Source: Eledone cirrhosa (Eukaryota). Taken from it: 64,000 bases of DNA. The stretch spans positions 58,466,001-58,530,000 of the forward strand of contig OZ024745.1 of assembly GCA_964016885.1 (NCBI GenBank). The letters are read 5' to 3'. A program made the translations under genes and the position numbers. This document shows positions 12,102 to 25,124 of this stretch, in pieces. The notes beneath the pieces are model-generated. The model made no database searches. It was given only the letters and a program-made list of their open reading frames with translations, and was not told where the DNA came from. Position 1 is the first letter of the stretch; each line of letters starts with the position of its first letter.

Positions 12102-12553
12102 TCTTTCACTGGTATCAGTTATACAACTGCAGCCATATTATGGCATCAACTTCAACGTTCTTAGTCAATCATGTTGACTCCAGTAATTATTTCAGTCTGA
12201 CTATTTTATTGATCTCTATTTATGGAAACACCAAGTAACCATCAACGTCATTTAATATTTTCCCTGCTAGCAAGGGTTAAACCATATCATATATAATAGA
12301 CTACATTATAAACACAGATACAAACACATATATGCAACAAGCTCTTACAAAGTCTCCATTTACCAATTTGTTTCTCACAAGGCATTGGTTAACCTCAGGC
12401 TACAGTAGAGGACACAAGCACAAGGTACTGAGCAATGGAACTGAACCTCGAATCACATGGTTGTGAAGTGAACTTCTTAGCCATCAAATAAACGAGATGT
12501 ACATGTACCTCAGATATAAAATTGTATACACTTAAGCAAAAGATTTTACTTAC

Positions 12554-12610
12554 CCATTCAGTGACCCCGGCAGAACCAATAGGAGAAAAAGTAACATTTG
12601 AACTCCGAAC
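12554..12610 (-). CDS. PIGS: PIG-S exon 12: VRSSNVTFSPIGSAGVTEW
   Basis: tag|GTT...TGG|gtaagt, 57 nt, phase 0-0; joins the G.T.W|EL motif. Confidence 0.92.
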
Positions 12611-13246
12611 CTACATGTAATGAACAAGAAAAATATAACTTTATATTTTTTTAATACAGACAATTTTTTTTAGTCATTTCAAAGAAACATTTGACCAAAT
12701 GCGCAAATTGCACCTATTCACAACTAATTTGATTATACTGATAAATTTTATCAACCCCAGTAGTTGACTGGTAATTATAAGAATGAAAGGAGATCACATT
12801 GACAAGGTTTGAACAAAGAAAGCAAAGAACTGGAACAAATAGCAGATGCTCTGGCAATTCTGCCAATCTACCAGTCAAATAGATATTTTCACACAACAAA
12901 CGTTTTAAGGCCATTTTCCTTGCTAAAGCTGTAGATAGACTTATGGGCCCAATGACAGGCTCCATACTCATCATGGGGTCTTTTTTGTGGCAATGTTATA
13001 GAGTAGGATGCTCTTTCTGGTGCCAATGCTTTTAGTCGCCACTTACAACACACAGAGACACAGTGTACTTATTCTAAACCAGATACACACAATAATATTT
13101 TTCAAAAAAAAAAGAAAAAAATATATTTTAGCAGATTATGAAAAACTGGGCCCCAAAACTCACTTATTTCAGTAACATCAAATCAAAAAGACCCTATAAG
13201 AGGCATTTCTAAATTGAGGTCACTTAAAAACACATAAAATTAATAT

Positions 13247-13468
13247 CCAATGGTCCCTCAACAACCCTCTTCTGAGTTTTCCATCTTCATAATGATGCAA
13301 TATTGATTTGGACATGAGGCCATAAATTTCTGGAGAAAAGTCATCATCATCATCAACATTTATGATGATGATGACATTATTCTAGAAATTTGTGACCACA
13401 TGCTCAAATCAATATTACTTTATTATCAAGATGGAAAATTCTGAAGAGGGTTGTTGATCAGTCATTGG
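13247..13468. repeat. Imperfect long palindrome (arms about 105 bp) centred on (TCA)n/(TGA)n
   Basis: TCAACAACCCTCTTC/GAAGAGGGTTGTTGA, AATATTGATTTG/CAAATCAATATT and GTCATCATCATCA/TGATGATGATGAC pair symmetrically. Confidence 0.85.
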
Positions 13469-13644
13469 AAATCAGCATATTAAATGAAACTCAGTATTTG
13501 ATTGGTACTTTATTTTATCAACCCTAGAAAGATGAAAAACAAGGTTAAACTTAGTGAGATTTCAAAATATTTTTGTTCAATACTCTACCAATTCTGCAAT
13601 CTAATATCACAACAGCAAAATATTAACAATAATAAATTTCTCAC

Positions 13645-13814
13645 CTGGAGATTAAGAAGCATTCGAATTTGGGTAAGAAATATTTGCATTACTTGATGCA
13701 AATCAATATTCACTCTCATAGGGAGAGTATCATTTGGGCCAGGAGAAGGAGTGTTGTAAATATGGATGCCGCCCCAACGTGGGCTTAAGAAGGAATTGCT
13801 TCGTTCTCGCTGCC
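13645..13814 (-). CDS. PIGS: PIG-S exon 11: (G)QRERSNSFLSPRWGGIHIYN...VMQIFLTQIRMLLNLQ
   Basis: tag|GG...CAG|gtgaga, 170 nt, phase 1-0; carries the hallmark N.F.SPRWGGI..YN motif. Confidence 0.97.
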
Positions 13815-13902
13815 CTAAAAATGAAAAATAAACAATCCAAAATAAAGGTGAAATGTAGAAAAATTCAGAATTCAACTTACTATCATTATATAGTTTGATA
13901 CA

Positions 13903-14050
13903 CGGTGGATTGGCAGTATCGGTAGAGGATCGGACACCATGCTTTGACGCATAGAGTTACGGCCCTTGCCATTCTGAGTTCAAATCCCACCGAGGTTAAC
14001 TTTGCCTTTCATCCTTACGGGGTCGATAAAATAAAGTACCAGTAATGCTG
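13903..14050 (+). mobile_element. Family A SINE, 3'-truncated
   Basis: Same head and body as 10651-10834. Confidence 0.82.
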
Positions 14051-14086
14051 ATAAATGATGATATATATATACACATATATATATAT

Positions 14087-14745
14087 AACTAAGGGAGAAA
14101 TTAGGAATAAGAGGAATCAGATGTTGTTTACTCGAGAGAAGACTACGTTGGTATGGTCACGTGATGCGCATGAAAGACGACAGCTGTATAAAAAAGTGCA
14201 GGGTGATAAAAATAGACGGTAGCCACGGAGTAGGCAGACCCAGAAAAACCTGAGACGACTTGATAAATTCCGACCTCACATACTTACACCTCTCCAAGAC
14301 AATGTCACTGGACCAAGATCTTTGGCGCTACACAGTAATACAGAAGACCCGCCTTGCCTAAGTACAAAGCGAAACCTAGTCAGTAGGCACCTCTAACAAA
14401 AATACACCTCCGTCCCACCACCCCCACACCATCCACACCACTCCTTTCGATGTAAAGTTATGTTGGTACCACAACATCCAGTCCGAAATAAATGAGGTCG
14501 TGTAGGTGTCATGACAAAAAAAAACACAGTCTACGCTGTAATGTGGCCGTGTAGGTAACATGGTAAAAACCTCCCAGTTCCACACTGTAAACGTGGTTGG
14601 TGTTAGGAAGGGCATCCAGCCGTAGAAAACCCACCAGACAGTCCTATACGAGCAAGACAACCAATCTTGCCTCAAGTGGGGAAAACTCCCGTCCAAACCC
14701 ATGCAAGCGTGGAAGATGGACGTTAAACGATGATGATGATGATGA
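14087..14745 (+). mobile_element. 5'-truncated RTE LINE 3' end with (GAT)n tail
   Basis: Aligns to 43522-44166. Confidence 0.9.
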
Positions 14746-14759
14746 ATATACAAATATGA

Positions 14760-15560
14760 AGCAGCTGCAGATTCCTTTAACTTCCCTATTCTTCTCATCC
14801 AGGTTGTCCTCTGTTGTTGAGTTCATCTAGCCCTAACTATATGATCACTAACTACTAGATTATGTTGGGAGGTGCATTCTTCACCAGGGAGGGACTTTGT
14901 GTTTACAACTGTCACTCTAACTCATCTTCTGGAGAGGATAAAATCTATCTTGCTGGCATGCTCACTTGATCTATAGGTGATCAAGTGATTGCCTGTTTTT
15001 TTTTAAGTTTGTGTTACAGATAGAAAGATTTTTGGCATCACAGAATTCCAGAAGCCTGGAACTTTCTACATTTCTAGCACCGAATCCATAACCTCCACAA
15101 ATCCCTTCAAAGCCATCGCAGAATTGCCCAACATGCCCATTAAAGTTGCCCACAATTATTATGAAGTCACCATTGCTTATTTGGGAAGTCGTGTGCATTA
15201 GGGATCTGTCTTTTAGTCCATCTGACAGTCTTGATTGAGGTGCATATGCAGATATAATTCTATTTAGTACTAGTCAAGTTTGATGATTCTGTCATTCACT
15301 CTATTTACAGCAAATACCTTGTCTACCCCTTTTTCTGCTACCATAATCCATACTGTTGTCTTTTCCCGCCCAGAAAAAAATGTAGCATCCTTTTTTGGCC
15401 CACAGACTCCATTTAGTCTCTCGTACACACAGCACAAATCAATTTTCTTTCATCTCTATAATCTCTTCTGATCTCCCTGTCATCATGCCTACGTTGATGG
15501 TGCCAGCTCTGAAGTTAAGAAGTTCATCAGAAGGGTGAGAGGAAGAAGATGAAAACTTGG
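14760..15560 (-). mobile_element. Degenerate RTE 5' and APE endonuclease fragment
   Basis: GTINVGMMTGRSEEIIE and GNFNGHVG...GYGFGARN.E..RLLEFC motifs, with stops. Confidence 0.8.
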
Positions 15561-15869
15561 GAGAGGGAGTGGATGATAGACTGGTGTTCATGTTCCATGT
15601 CTGAAATAGAGAAGAGCATTCACATGGTTGTCCAGAGATAGATGGTGGATTCATATTCATTTTTAGGAATGCTCCAGTTTCGTATTCCATTTGCCATACA
15701 GAACAACGGTAGTAGAAGTAGTAGTAGTTATTGCGATAGATATTCAGTTAACAGTTACAAGATATTTGTGCTGCTGTGCTTTGATTGGGCTAGGTGACTA
15801 TGGTGGCTCCTTTAAATGCCCAGAGGGTTCAGTAGCAGTAGTTGATAATTTCTGTTACCTGGGTCACTA

Positions 15870-16067
15870 AATTTGTAGTGGAGGTGGGTGTTCCGAAAGT
15901 ACAGTAGCCAGAGTGAGAACAGAATGGAGAAAGTTCAGGAAGTTACTAATGCTACTTGCTATAAAAGGTTTTTCCCTCAAATTAAAAAGCAGATTATATG
16001 ATACTTGTATACGAACAGCTACGTTGCATGGTAGTGAGACCTGGGCACTGTATGCAGAGGACCTGAG
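15870..16067 (+). mobile_element. RTE fragment (post-RT region)
   Basis: W.KFR.L..LLA.KGFSLK.K.RLY..CIRTA.LHGSETWAL, as in the 42402 ORF. Confidence 0.85.
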
Positions 16068-16362
16068 TAGCTCCCACTTATACAACACCTTCCATGTTCC
16101 CTCACCATTGAGAAAACTACAGAAGTGGCAGTATTTCATTTTTTTCTAAATTCCAAATGGGACCCCATCTTTTTTTTTTTCCAGTCCAGTTTAAACTAAG
16201 TTAGGATATGGTTTCATTTTAAACTGAGAAAATCAAAACCAAAATACAAGAACAAAGCAAAATAATGTTACAAGGTTGATTGGATGAAAGCAATGCATTA
16301 GTATTGATATAAAATGGAATAACTAGTAAACTACAGCTACAATAGTAAACAGAGTTATGTAC

Positions 16363-16452
16363 CTTTATTGTTTCTGATGTACATTGGACTTTGGTCTCGT
16401 GTTGGCACATAAACAATGAAATTTAGATTGGGATTGTTGGAAGCTTGAAAAC
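16363..16452 (-). CDS. PIGS: PIG-S exon 10: (G)FQASNNPNLNFIVYVPTRDQSPMYIRNNK
   Basis: cag|GT...AAAG|gtacat, 90 nt, phase 1-1; matches the P.LNF..YVP....SP.YI motif. Confidence 0.96.
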
Positions 16453-18119
16453 CTGTAGAGAAAATAAGCAAAAATTTATTAAATTACGGTTAATTCGTTT
16501 TTGCTAAGATTATAATTTTCTGAGTTATTTGCATTTGCATGATACACTATGATTTCCTTTGTTTATAGAATTTTTTTTTTTTTTACACATTTTATTGAGT
16601 GAATATTAAAAAAAAAAATTTAATATTTTCCAAATGATAACCTCATTTTTAGAGATGAAAATCTATTTTAATATTTATATCCAAACAACACCAGATGTCT
16701 TTTCTTGGATGTGTTCAGAATACTTGACTGAGTTTAGATATGTACTTGTGTTAGAAGCTGAGGAAGAAAGTCGAAATTGAGCAACAAGCTAGAAAATCAC
16801 ATATTGGTTTTTGAGTATTAGAAACATAGGATCATTTTATAACTGAGAGTTAACTGTGATGGTGTTTTTATCATCAGTTAGTCAAAAGAAAGGAGAGAAA
16901 TAGAGAAGCAGTTATCCTCAAAAAGGAAGCTTGGCCATAATAAATAGGACTCAGTTAAAGTCATCCAAAAGCCAAGTGGTGGATTAAATCTACCACATAA
17001 GTAGGCTCTGGCAAGATTTGAACTCAGAACACAAAGAACCGGAACAAATTCCAAAAGGTATTCCTCTGACATTAACAATTCTGCCAGTTCATCACCCTAG
17101 ACTGGTTATATTTATCAACCCCAGAAGAAAGAAGACAGGCAAAGTTGACTTCCATAGAATTGGAACTCGGTACATGAAGAACCTAAACATAATACTACAA
17201 GGCACTTCATCTACCGCTCTAAGATGTCTGTCAATGCAAATGTTTTGTGGGATGGCATATGCTGTATGACAAAAAAAAAACAAATATACCAAAAGAAGTA
17301 AAGCTAAAAGTAATTTATGCCAAGACAAGTAGAGGTTGAAAAACTTCAAATAAATCAAATATGCTGAAAAAATGCTATTATTATCAGACAGATGAGATAC
17401 AGCAAGAGTGATAGATATAAGATGTCCTTGTAAATAATAGTTATAATTTTCTTCTATATTTGCAACAAGAACAGATGATGATAATAATGTAATAATAATG
17501 ATGGTTGTGGTGGTGAGGGTTGTGACAATTTGGCTTAAATGACATCATCTTCCCACTGACTGGCTGACAACAATTAAGGAAAAGAAAATATATTTGGGCT
17601 GAGCTATTTTGAGAGTAATTTTGCCCTACATATAACCACTGATGTTGCCATCTGCTCTCGATATGAAATGAAACAAATGCTTTGCCTTTCATCATTTCTG
17701 GGTTGGCAAAATAATGTACCAGTCAAGTACACTTTCCTCCCCCAAAACCGCTCATCTTGTTCCTAAATTAGAAGCCATTATTTAACATAATCATCATTTT
17801 ATGTCCACCTGCTATTATTATTATTATAAGTCTTATTTTTATTGCATGTCATCACTGCATTACTGAGCACGGCTCTCTGCAGCTTGGGTGTGTGCAGTGT
17901 GGTTTTTTATGGTGTTGTTTCTATTGTATTGAGAGTATTCTTCTTATGTGTGCAGTGCTTAGTAGTGCGATTTTTTATATATGTTATATAAAAATCTGTA
18001 AGGCATGGAATTTTGGTTACATGTTTGTGTTTTTTTACCATTCCATGAGCACCTATTATTATCACTAAACAGACATGCAGTCACCAGCACAGGAAAAGAG
18101 AAACACACTCATGCAACCC

Positions 18120-19960
18120 CCTTTCTGTAAAGTGGGGAATCACAGATTTACCACTATATATGTTGGAACAATGAAAGGTAAGTGTGGTGAGATTGTGGAG
18201 AGGTTAGAGAGGAGACCAGAAGTGAGCTGTGTAAAAGAAGTGAAGTGGAGAGGAGGGGTCCTTTAGCCAGATTCAGCAGAGACAAGGAACACTGGTACAA
18301 ATTCTTCTGGGTGTGTAGCAATAATGGGGTAGGTGGGGAAGGTATACTCCTAACTGAGAGATGCACAGATCAAGTAATTGAGGTAGTTAGAGTTTGAGAT
18401 AGAATATTTAAGCTTAGACTAGCCTTGGGCAAAACAACAGCCACTATACTATCCATATATGCTCCACAAGCTGGACTTGCAGACAAGCAGAAAGATCACT
18501 TCTATTAGGTCCTTCTGCAGACTGCCTCAATAACAAATGACAATGATTTCATTATTGCAGCTTGTTACTTCAATGGACATTTTGGGAAAACCATGAAGGA
18601 TTTGCTGATGCACATGGAGGCTATGCTTATGGTACAAGAAATGAGAAGGGATCTTGATTTCTGGAGTTCTACAATGCTCTCGACCTAACCATCTGCAAGA
18701 CAAACTTCAGGAAACCAATCAGCCACCTGATCACTTACAAATCAAGAATGCAAGCCAAATAGACATCATTCTCATCAGGAAATGAGATAAGTAAATTAGT
18801 TGTCAGTGACTTTAGAGTAAGGGCTAGATGGACTAAGAGACAAAAGCCAGTCTGGAGAAGGAAGACATGGAAGTTGAGAGAACCCTCTGTAGATAACAAA
18901 TTCAGAGAAATATTACTTAATGCCTATGACAGGAAGGAAGAGGAGTTGAAATTTGAAATTTCTATGGGACAACCTGCTGATAGCTATGAACCAGGTGTGC
19001 GGCTGAAGCAAGGCCCCAACAAGATGGAGAGTGATGTGGTGGTGGAATAAGGTAGACAGAGCCATTAAAACAAAAAGACAAGGCTGGAGAGACTGGAGGA
19101 GACAGAAAGCAATACCAGATAGCTAGAAGAGAGGACAGACACCAAGTATATTTAGCGAGGGGAGAGGCAAAAAAGAAGTTTGCACATGTTCGCTATCGTG
19201 AAGGAAAGAGGACAGACAGTTGATACCATCAGGGAAGTGGCCTTGTTTGATATATCAGAAAGGGATGGGCAGGAATTACATAAGGTACACACAGTGTAAT
19301 TTATGGATGCACAAGATATGTAGTGGGATTGCAGGCAGGGTAACAGCAAAGGCAGACATTGTATGCAGCAGATGCACAGGAGAAGTAAGCAATAAGAAAT
19401 AGATTCCCTCAGCTGCCGGGGGAGCTCCTTAGAAGTAGTTGACAGCTTTTGTTACCTAGGCAACAAAATTAGCAGTTGGAGAGGATGTGCTGAAAGTATA
19501 ATAGTCAGAATCAGAACAGGCTAGAAGTTTACAGAACTAATACCTCTACTGACAACAAAGATCTTCTCTCTCAAAGTGAAGAGTAGACTGTTTGATGCTT
19601 GCATGCAAACTGCAATGTTACATAGCAGTGAAATATGGGCCTTGACTGCAGAACACCTGCACAGGTTAGACAGAAATGAATCAAGTATACTTTGATGCAT
19701 ATGAAATATTTGAGTGCTTGAGTGACATAGCATAAGCAAACTGAGGAGAAAACTTGGCATAAGAAGAATTGTAAGTAGTGTGTCAAAAAGAAGACTGCAT
19801 TGATATGGACATGTGATGAATATGGAAGATAGCAGCTATATAAAAAAATGCAGAGAAACCCCAGTGGCTGAGACCCAGAGGTGGACCCAGAAAGACTTGG
19901 GATGAGGTTGTGAAGACCAACCTTAAAAAACTAACCTCACAACAGAGATGATGAGGGTTA
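18120..19960 (+). mobile_element. Old RTE LINE: APE domain plus C-terminal region, RT core apparently deleted near 19215
   Basis: VGTMKG..GEIVE.LERR and YAPQAG motifs, then a jump to the SGKWPC Cys-cluster and the C-terminal region; many stops. Confidence 0.8.
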
Positions 19961-19989
19961 GTGTCATGCTGTGTTGGTAAAGATCCCTG

Positions 19990-21830
19990 GTCTTTGGTTA
20001 TAATATCTTGTTGATTGGCTTTTATCTCCCTGTCTGTGTGTATGGGCATATTTCAAAGTATGGTTTCTTTGTCAATCTCTGACATCTCTTCTGCTATGTG
20101 TCTGTACCATCTTTCTCCCGTTGGTATTTCATAGTGTTGCCATAATTTCAAGTGTATGCAAATCCGTCTGTGGATATATTTCTTTTTGGCTAAAATATGG
20201 CAGTCAAAGATAATGGGGTTGTTTCTTCCCCACCTTCCCCTATTCTGCAATAACTTCCTGTGTTCTGTTTCTTGGCAGTATCGATAGAGCGTCAGACACC
20301 ATGCTTTGCAGCATAGAGTTATGGCCCTTTATGTTCTGGGTTCAAATCCCACCGAGGTTAACTTTGCTTTTCATCCTTACGGGGTCGATAACATAAAGCA
20401 CCAGTAATGCACTAGAGTAATTGCTGGCCTTGTGCCAAAAGTAAAACCAATTATGTACTTCTGGTGGGGGAAGCTTTGATTTTATGCTGTGATTAGAAAT
20501 CTTTCAGTCTTGATTTCTAGTCCAGTGCTTTGTGACCAGCTTTGTGAGTTTTGCTTTCTTGGGTAATGACCATGTAAGGGGGTTTCCTACCATCATTTTA
20601 GCATGGTATTCAGGTGATCTGTTTTCAATTTAGATTTTATGTTTTTTACAATTTCTGTTGTTTTTACTGTTTGCATTTTCTTCACAATTATTCATCAATC
20701 CAGCTTTTATTTTCAATTTGTTGGCTCCGCTGAAGACAAGAGAACAATTTTTGTTTTGTTCATGTTTTGTGGATATTTCTATTAACTTCCCTTTGTTCAT
20801 CATTAGATATTTTTCTATTCCTACAATGGTTATTTTATAATAGTTTTCTAGTTGCATAAGACCCCTTCTTCTTTGGATTCATGGTAGACATGATCTTTCT
20901 ACATCTGATTTTGTATGATGTATTCTAAAATCAGCTATCATTTTTCATGTTTTTCTATCTATTCCTGCTACTTCTTTTAGTGTTCAGTTCAGAATATTAA
21001 AACTGTAGCTTATTACTGGGATTGCTTGAATATTGATGCCAATTACCTTATTCTTTACATTTAGTTCTATCTTAAATAGCAATACAATCTGTCTATATTA
21101 TTCCTTTATAATCTTTTCTTTAATCTGTGTGTGTTGAACCCTATCTAGTTTGATGATTCCTAAGTATTTGTATGACTTTGTTTGATCTAATTTTCTTATC
21201 TCAGTTTCATTATCTAGCATGATATTAATGTTTATATTAGTTTTCCTCCCTTCAGAGTTGCTTTGGCACATTTTTCTAGTCCAAATTTCATGCCTATTTC
21301 ATTTGTGAATCCATGTAGCAGTGTATCAAGTTGTCTCTCGTCTGAAGCATACAGCTTTAAATTGTCCATACACAGTAGATAGTTGATTTTCTTGCCATAA
21401 CATTTATATCCAAGTCCAATTCTGTTTAGTGTCTCAGATAAAGATGTCAATGCCAGACAGAAGCAGTGGTGGTAAGGAGTCCCCTTGAAATAGCACTCTG
21501 TTGATTGCGATGACATCAGTTTTTATAGTTCTATCCTTTGTTTGTATCTGCAGAACTGTTTGCCACTTACTCATGGCATGCTCGATAAATGTTTATGGCT
21601 AGTGTATTTAGTATCCATGTATGGGGAACACTGTCAAATGCTTTTTGGTAGTCAATCCATGCCATGGTGAGGGTTTTTTATTTTTTATTTGCTTTTTCTG
21701 CAGTTTTCGGTTATGGCTTTATTTATTAGCAACTGGTCTTTACAGTCATATGAGTCATAGCAGCATCCTTTCTCTTCTTCTGGAAAGAGGTTGTTTTTTC
21801 CAGGTGTTTGGTTAGTTTCTGCAATACTAT
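19990..21830 (-). mobile_element. Degenerate non-LTR element, probably R4/Dong clade, interrupted by a family A SINE at about 20274-20455
   Basis: MDNLKLYA...IGMKFGLEKCAK...GKL (RT 5-6 region), YKYLGI, and a C..LAKKKYI.R..C.HL zinc-knuckle-like remnant. Confidence 0.68.
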
Positions 21831-22684
21831 TTCAGTTAAAGTTATGTATATAGTCTTGTCTTAAGCCAGAAGGCTTGTTAGGTCGGTGCTTGTCTTGGTT
21901 TCATGGCGTGAAGCGACTGAGAGTACAAGACTTCCCCCGCTGGACAGGATACCAGTCCATCACAGGGTTAAACACCGAGCTATTGCTGGTACTCGTTTTC
22001 AGCTTAGTATAGTGGAGCAACGTGAAATGAAGTGTTTTGCTCAAGAACACAATTTGCAACCCAGCTGAGGAATCGAACCCACGGCATTCTGATCATAAGT
22101 CCAACACCCTAACCACTAGGCCACTTTGTATGTAGTAGGAAGGCATATTATGGGTCTGTAGTTTTTGGAGTTTGCTGTGTCATTAATCTAGGGGAAGAGG
22201 GTGATTTTCACCTTAGTGAGCTAGTCAATTGTTTTTTATGGTCCTGTCAGCATAATTGGTTGAAAGATGGGTGCGAGAGGCGCGCATGACCCGAGTAAAT
22301 GGGCCTCCTCTGAGTATGCACCTGTAAATTGAAGGTGAAAAACTGGGAAAGGGCACTTGTGCTGGTGGTCAGAGTCACCATGGCTTTTTTTAATGGGCTT
22401 TCTTCATGAGTGCCCCTCGGAGGTCAACCCCCTATTAGGGAATTTTCTTTTGTTTCATTTTTTTGTTATATCCTTTGTTTTTATTTTATGTATTTGTTTT
22501 TACATGCAGAAACATCCATTTCTACTGTGCTGCCCATGTGGTTAATAAAGAAAACATTAGCAGTAGTAGTAGTAGTAGCAGCAGCAGCAGTAGTAGTAGT
22601 AATAGTAGTAATGGTGGCAGTGGTGTTGGTAATAGTTGCTGTTGTAGAAGCAGCTGTAGCAATAATTGTTGTTTTCATTAATAA

Positions 22685-23020
22685 TCATCATCATTTCATT
22701 TTACGTCCACTTTTCCCTGTTTGCAAGGGTGGAACGGAAACTGATTCTGGCTTGATTTCTACAGCTGGATGCCCTTCCTAACACCAACCTCATTTACAGT
22801 GAGTGCTGGGTGCTTTTTGCCGTGGCGCCTCCACGACCACTTTGCAGTGGAATGATAGGGACCCCAGTCCCTATCATCTCATTTCTATAGCTGAGTAAAC
22901 TGGAGCCATGTGAAATAAAGTGTCTTGCTCAAGGAAACAACACATCACCTGGTCTGAGAATTGAACTCACAACCTTTTGATTGCAAGGCCAATGCTCTAA
23001 CCACTAAGCCATGTGCCTCC
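22685..23020 (-). mobile_element. CORE-type SINE with an RTE-like 3' end and (GAT)n tail; near-identical copy at 32485-32822
   Basis: Minus strand reads GGAGGCACATGGCTTAGTGGTTAGAGC head, CTTGAGCAAGACACTT core, then GTTGGTGTTAGGAAGGGCATCCAGCTGTAG shared with the RTE 3' UTR. Confidence 0.82.
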
Positions 23021-23631
23021 TATATATATAAAACTGAGGATGTCTGTGTGTGTGTGCGTATGTGTGTGTCTGTGAGTTTGAATCCCTTTTCAAACTTTAC
23101 ATGTGTATTACTTATGTTTCAGGGAGTGTTATGCACATTAAAAAATTCCACTTTTTGATCCCCTAGGGCCCGCATTAGGTGAAAAACTGCGTTTTTCAGC
23201 TTTTTAGGGTTTTTTTTAGGCGTTATGTCAGACCGATTTCCTTGAAATTGTAACTATGTATTAGTCAGTCTTTTCTTCATAATATGAGCAAAGAAAATCC
23301 AACTTTTTTATGGCCTAGGGCCAGCATTAGGTGAAAACCTTCATTTTTTCAGCTTTTTAGGGGTTTTTTGAGGCGTTACGTCTAGCCAATTTTCCCGAAA
23401 TTTCAAGGCATATTATGCACATTAAAAAAATTCATTTTCTTGATCCCCTAGGTGAAAACCTGCATTTTTCCTGCTTCATCGAGGAAAATCATAAAGATTA
23501 TCCAGCCATCAGAGTATTCGGTTTATTTTCTTTACATATTGTACAGGCATGCAATTTTTCCACGATTAGGTCTGTTGGCGGCCCGCGTTCCAAAATACCT
23601 TATCCCGTGCAACGCCGGGTACCACTCCTAG
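23018..23631 (+). mobile_element. Non-autonomous Helitron with internal repeats of about 150 bp
   Basis: 5' TC(C)TATATATATAAAA followed by a GT/GTCT microsatellite; 3' GC-rich hairpin CCCGTGCAACGCCGGG (23604-23619), then CTAG|T; no TSD seen. Confidence 0.8.
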
Positions 23632-23654
23632 TATAAAATAAAATGAATATTTAC

Positions 23655-23769
23655 CAAGTTTAGTTTCCAATGGATTTATCATGTGTGGAAGGTTCTGGAG
23701 ATCAAGAAAGTTTTCTCCGGTGTCGTAATCTTTGTGAGGTCTTATGTAAAATCCAGGATAGAATAATGT
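23655..23769 (-). CDS. PIGS: PIG-S exon 9: TLFYPGFYIRPHKDYDTGENFLDLQNLPHMINPLETKL(G)
   Basis: tag|ACA...CTTG|gtaaat, 115 nt, phase 0-1; LPH.INP.E..LG motif. Confidence 0.96.
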
Positions 23770-23887
23770 CTAAAGTAAGAAAAAAGTATATATTTTTAAA
23801 AGATATCACTTAAAAGGCAATATCATGAAAGCATGGAAAAACGGATGTAAAAGATGATGATGATGATGATATATATATATATACACA

Positions 23888-23965
23888 CACAGTGTCCCCC
23901 GAAAATGTATACACATATTTATTAGAATGCTGTTGAAGTGTGTATACATTTTGGGGGAAACCCAG
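23888..23965. mobile_element. Tiny TA-target MITE, Tc1/mariner-type; sister of 38298-38375
   Basis: GTGTCCCCCGAAAATGTATACAC ... GTGTATACATTTTGGGGGAAAC inverted termini next to TA repeats. Confidence 0.65.
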
Positions 23966-23997
<32 letters not shown>

Positions 23998-24459
23998 GTG
24001 ATTCAGTAGATTTGTGGTTTACTGAGGAATATACCAATATCAGCAATCTATTCTATAGCAGAGTGTATATATCAAGAAGAACAAATCAAGGTTTCAGATA
24101 GAGGTTTTTATCGATTAGGCTCAGTTATGAACATTCATAACTGAGCCTGATCAATAAAGACCCTAATACGAAACCTCAATTTGTTCTTTTTAATATATGT
24201 GTCAGATCATCAGTTTTCATTTGGAGTTACTGCCCTCCTAGAGATATCGTATTACATCAATCTTGTATGCTCTCATTTTGGCCTGGTTTCTACAGCTGGA
24301 TCCCCTTCTAAACACCAACCATTTACAGAGTGTACAGGCTGCATCTTTTGTGGCACCAGCACTGAACAGGTTTTCATATCCTCAAAAAAAATAAAGAAAG
24401 AATCCTCTATCCCCTAGATTGTATCTATCCAATCATTAAATACTTTACTAAGTACTAAG

Positions 24460-24646
24460 GGCGGTGGATTGGCAGTATCGGTAGAGGGTCGGACGCCATG
24501 CTTTCCAGCATAGTTACGTCCCTTTACGATCTGAGTTCAAATCCCGCCGAGGTTTGACTTTGCCTTTCATCCTTACGGGGTCGATAAAATAAAGTACTAG
24601 TAATGCACTTGGTAATTGCTGGCCTTGTGCCTAAAGTAGAAACAAT
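24460..24646 (+). mobile_element. Family A SINE with a TSD of about 21 bp
   Basis: ATTAAATACTTTACTAAGTAC occurs on both sides. Confidence 0.88.
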
Positions 24647-25124
24647 TAAATACTTTACTAAGTACATTTTATCATGGCACCAATGTGAAAGACATCTTGT
24701 CTACTGCAAAACTAACAAGACCTCTCCACATCATGTGGTTTCTGTTTTTTTCACAGCAGACATGACTGGAGAGGGAGTAATGACCATAAGTTGAAAGGAG
24801 AGATAGTATAATTTGAGTGTGAAGTAAAAGAGAAAATAATAGTATGGCAGAGAAGGGAGAGTGACAGTGATGGGAAGAAGGTTGAGCAAGAAAGCAGCAT
24901 GAGCAACATGACAGAATACCCATAAGCACGTGTCATGCTTATGGGTAGAAAAGAGTGGATGATGAGTACCACAGGGAAGTGAGAGTGGTAGATGTCAGCT
25001 AAAAGTCTTATATGTGTGTGTGTGCGTAGTGAGAGAGAGAGAGAGAAAGAGAGGGTGATGATAATGAATATAGACACGAGTCATGGATATCATCCAATAT
25101 GGCTGATGGTAAATAGGAATTATA

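Noticed and set aside
22410-22781. Val/Ala-rich hydrophobic ORF
   Set aside because: Derived from (GTA)/(GCA) microsatellites plus a SINE tail.
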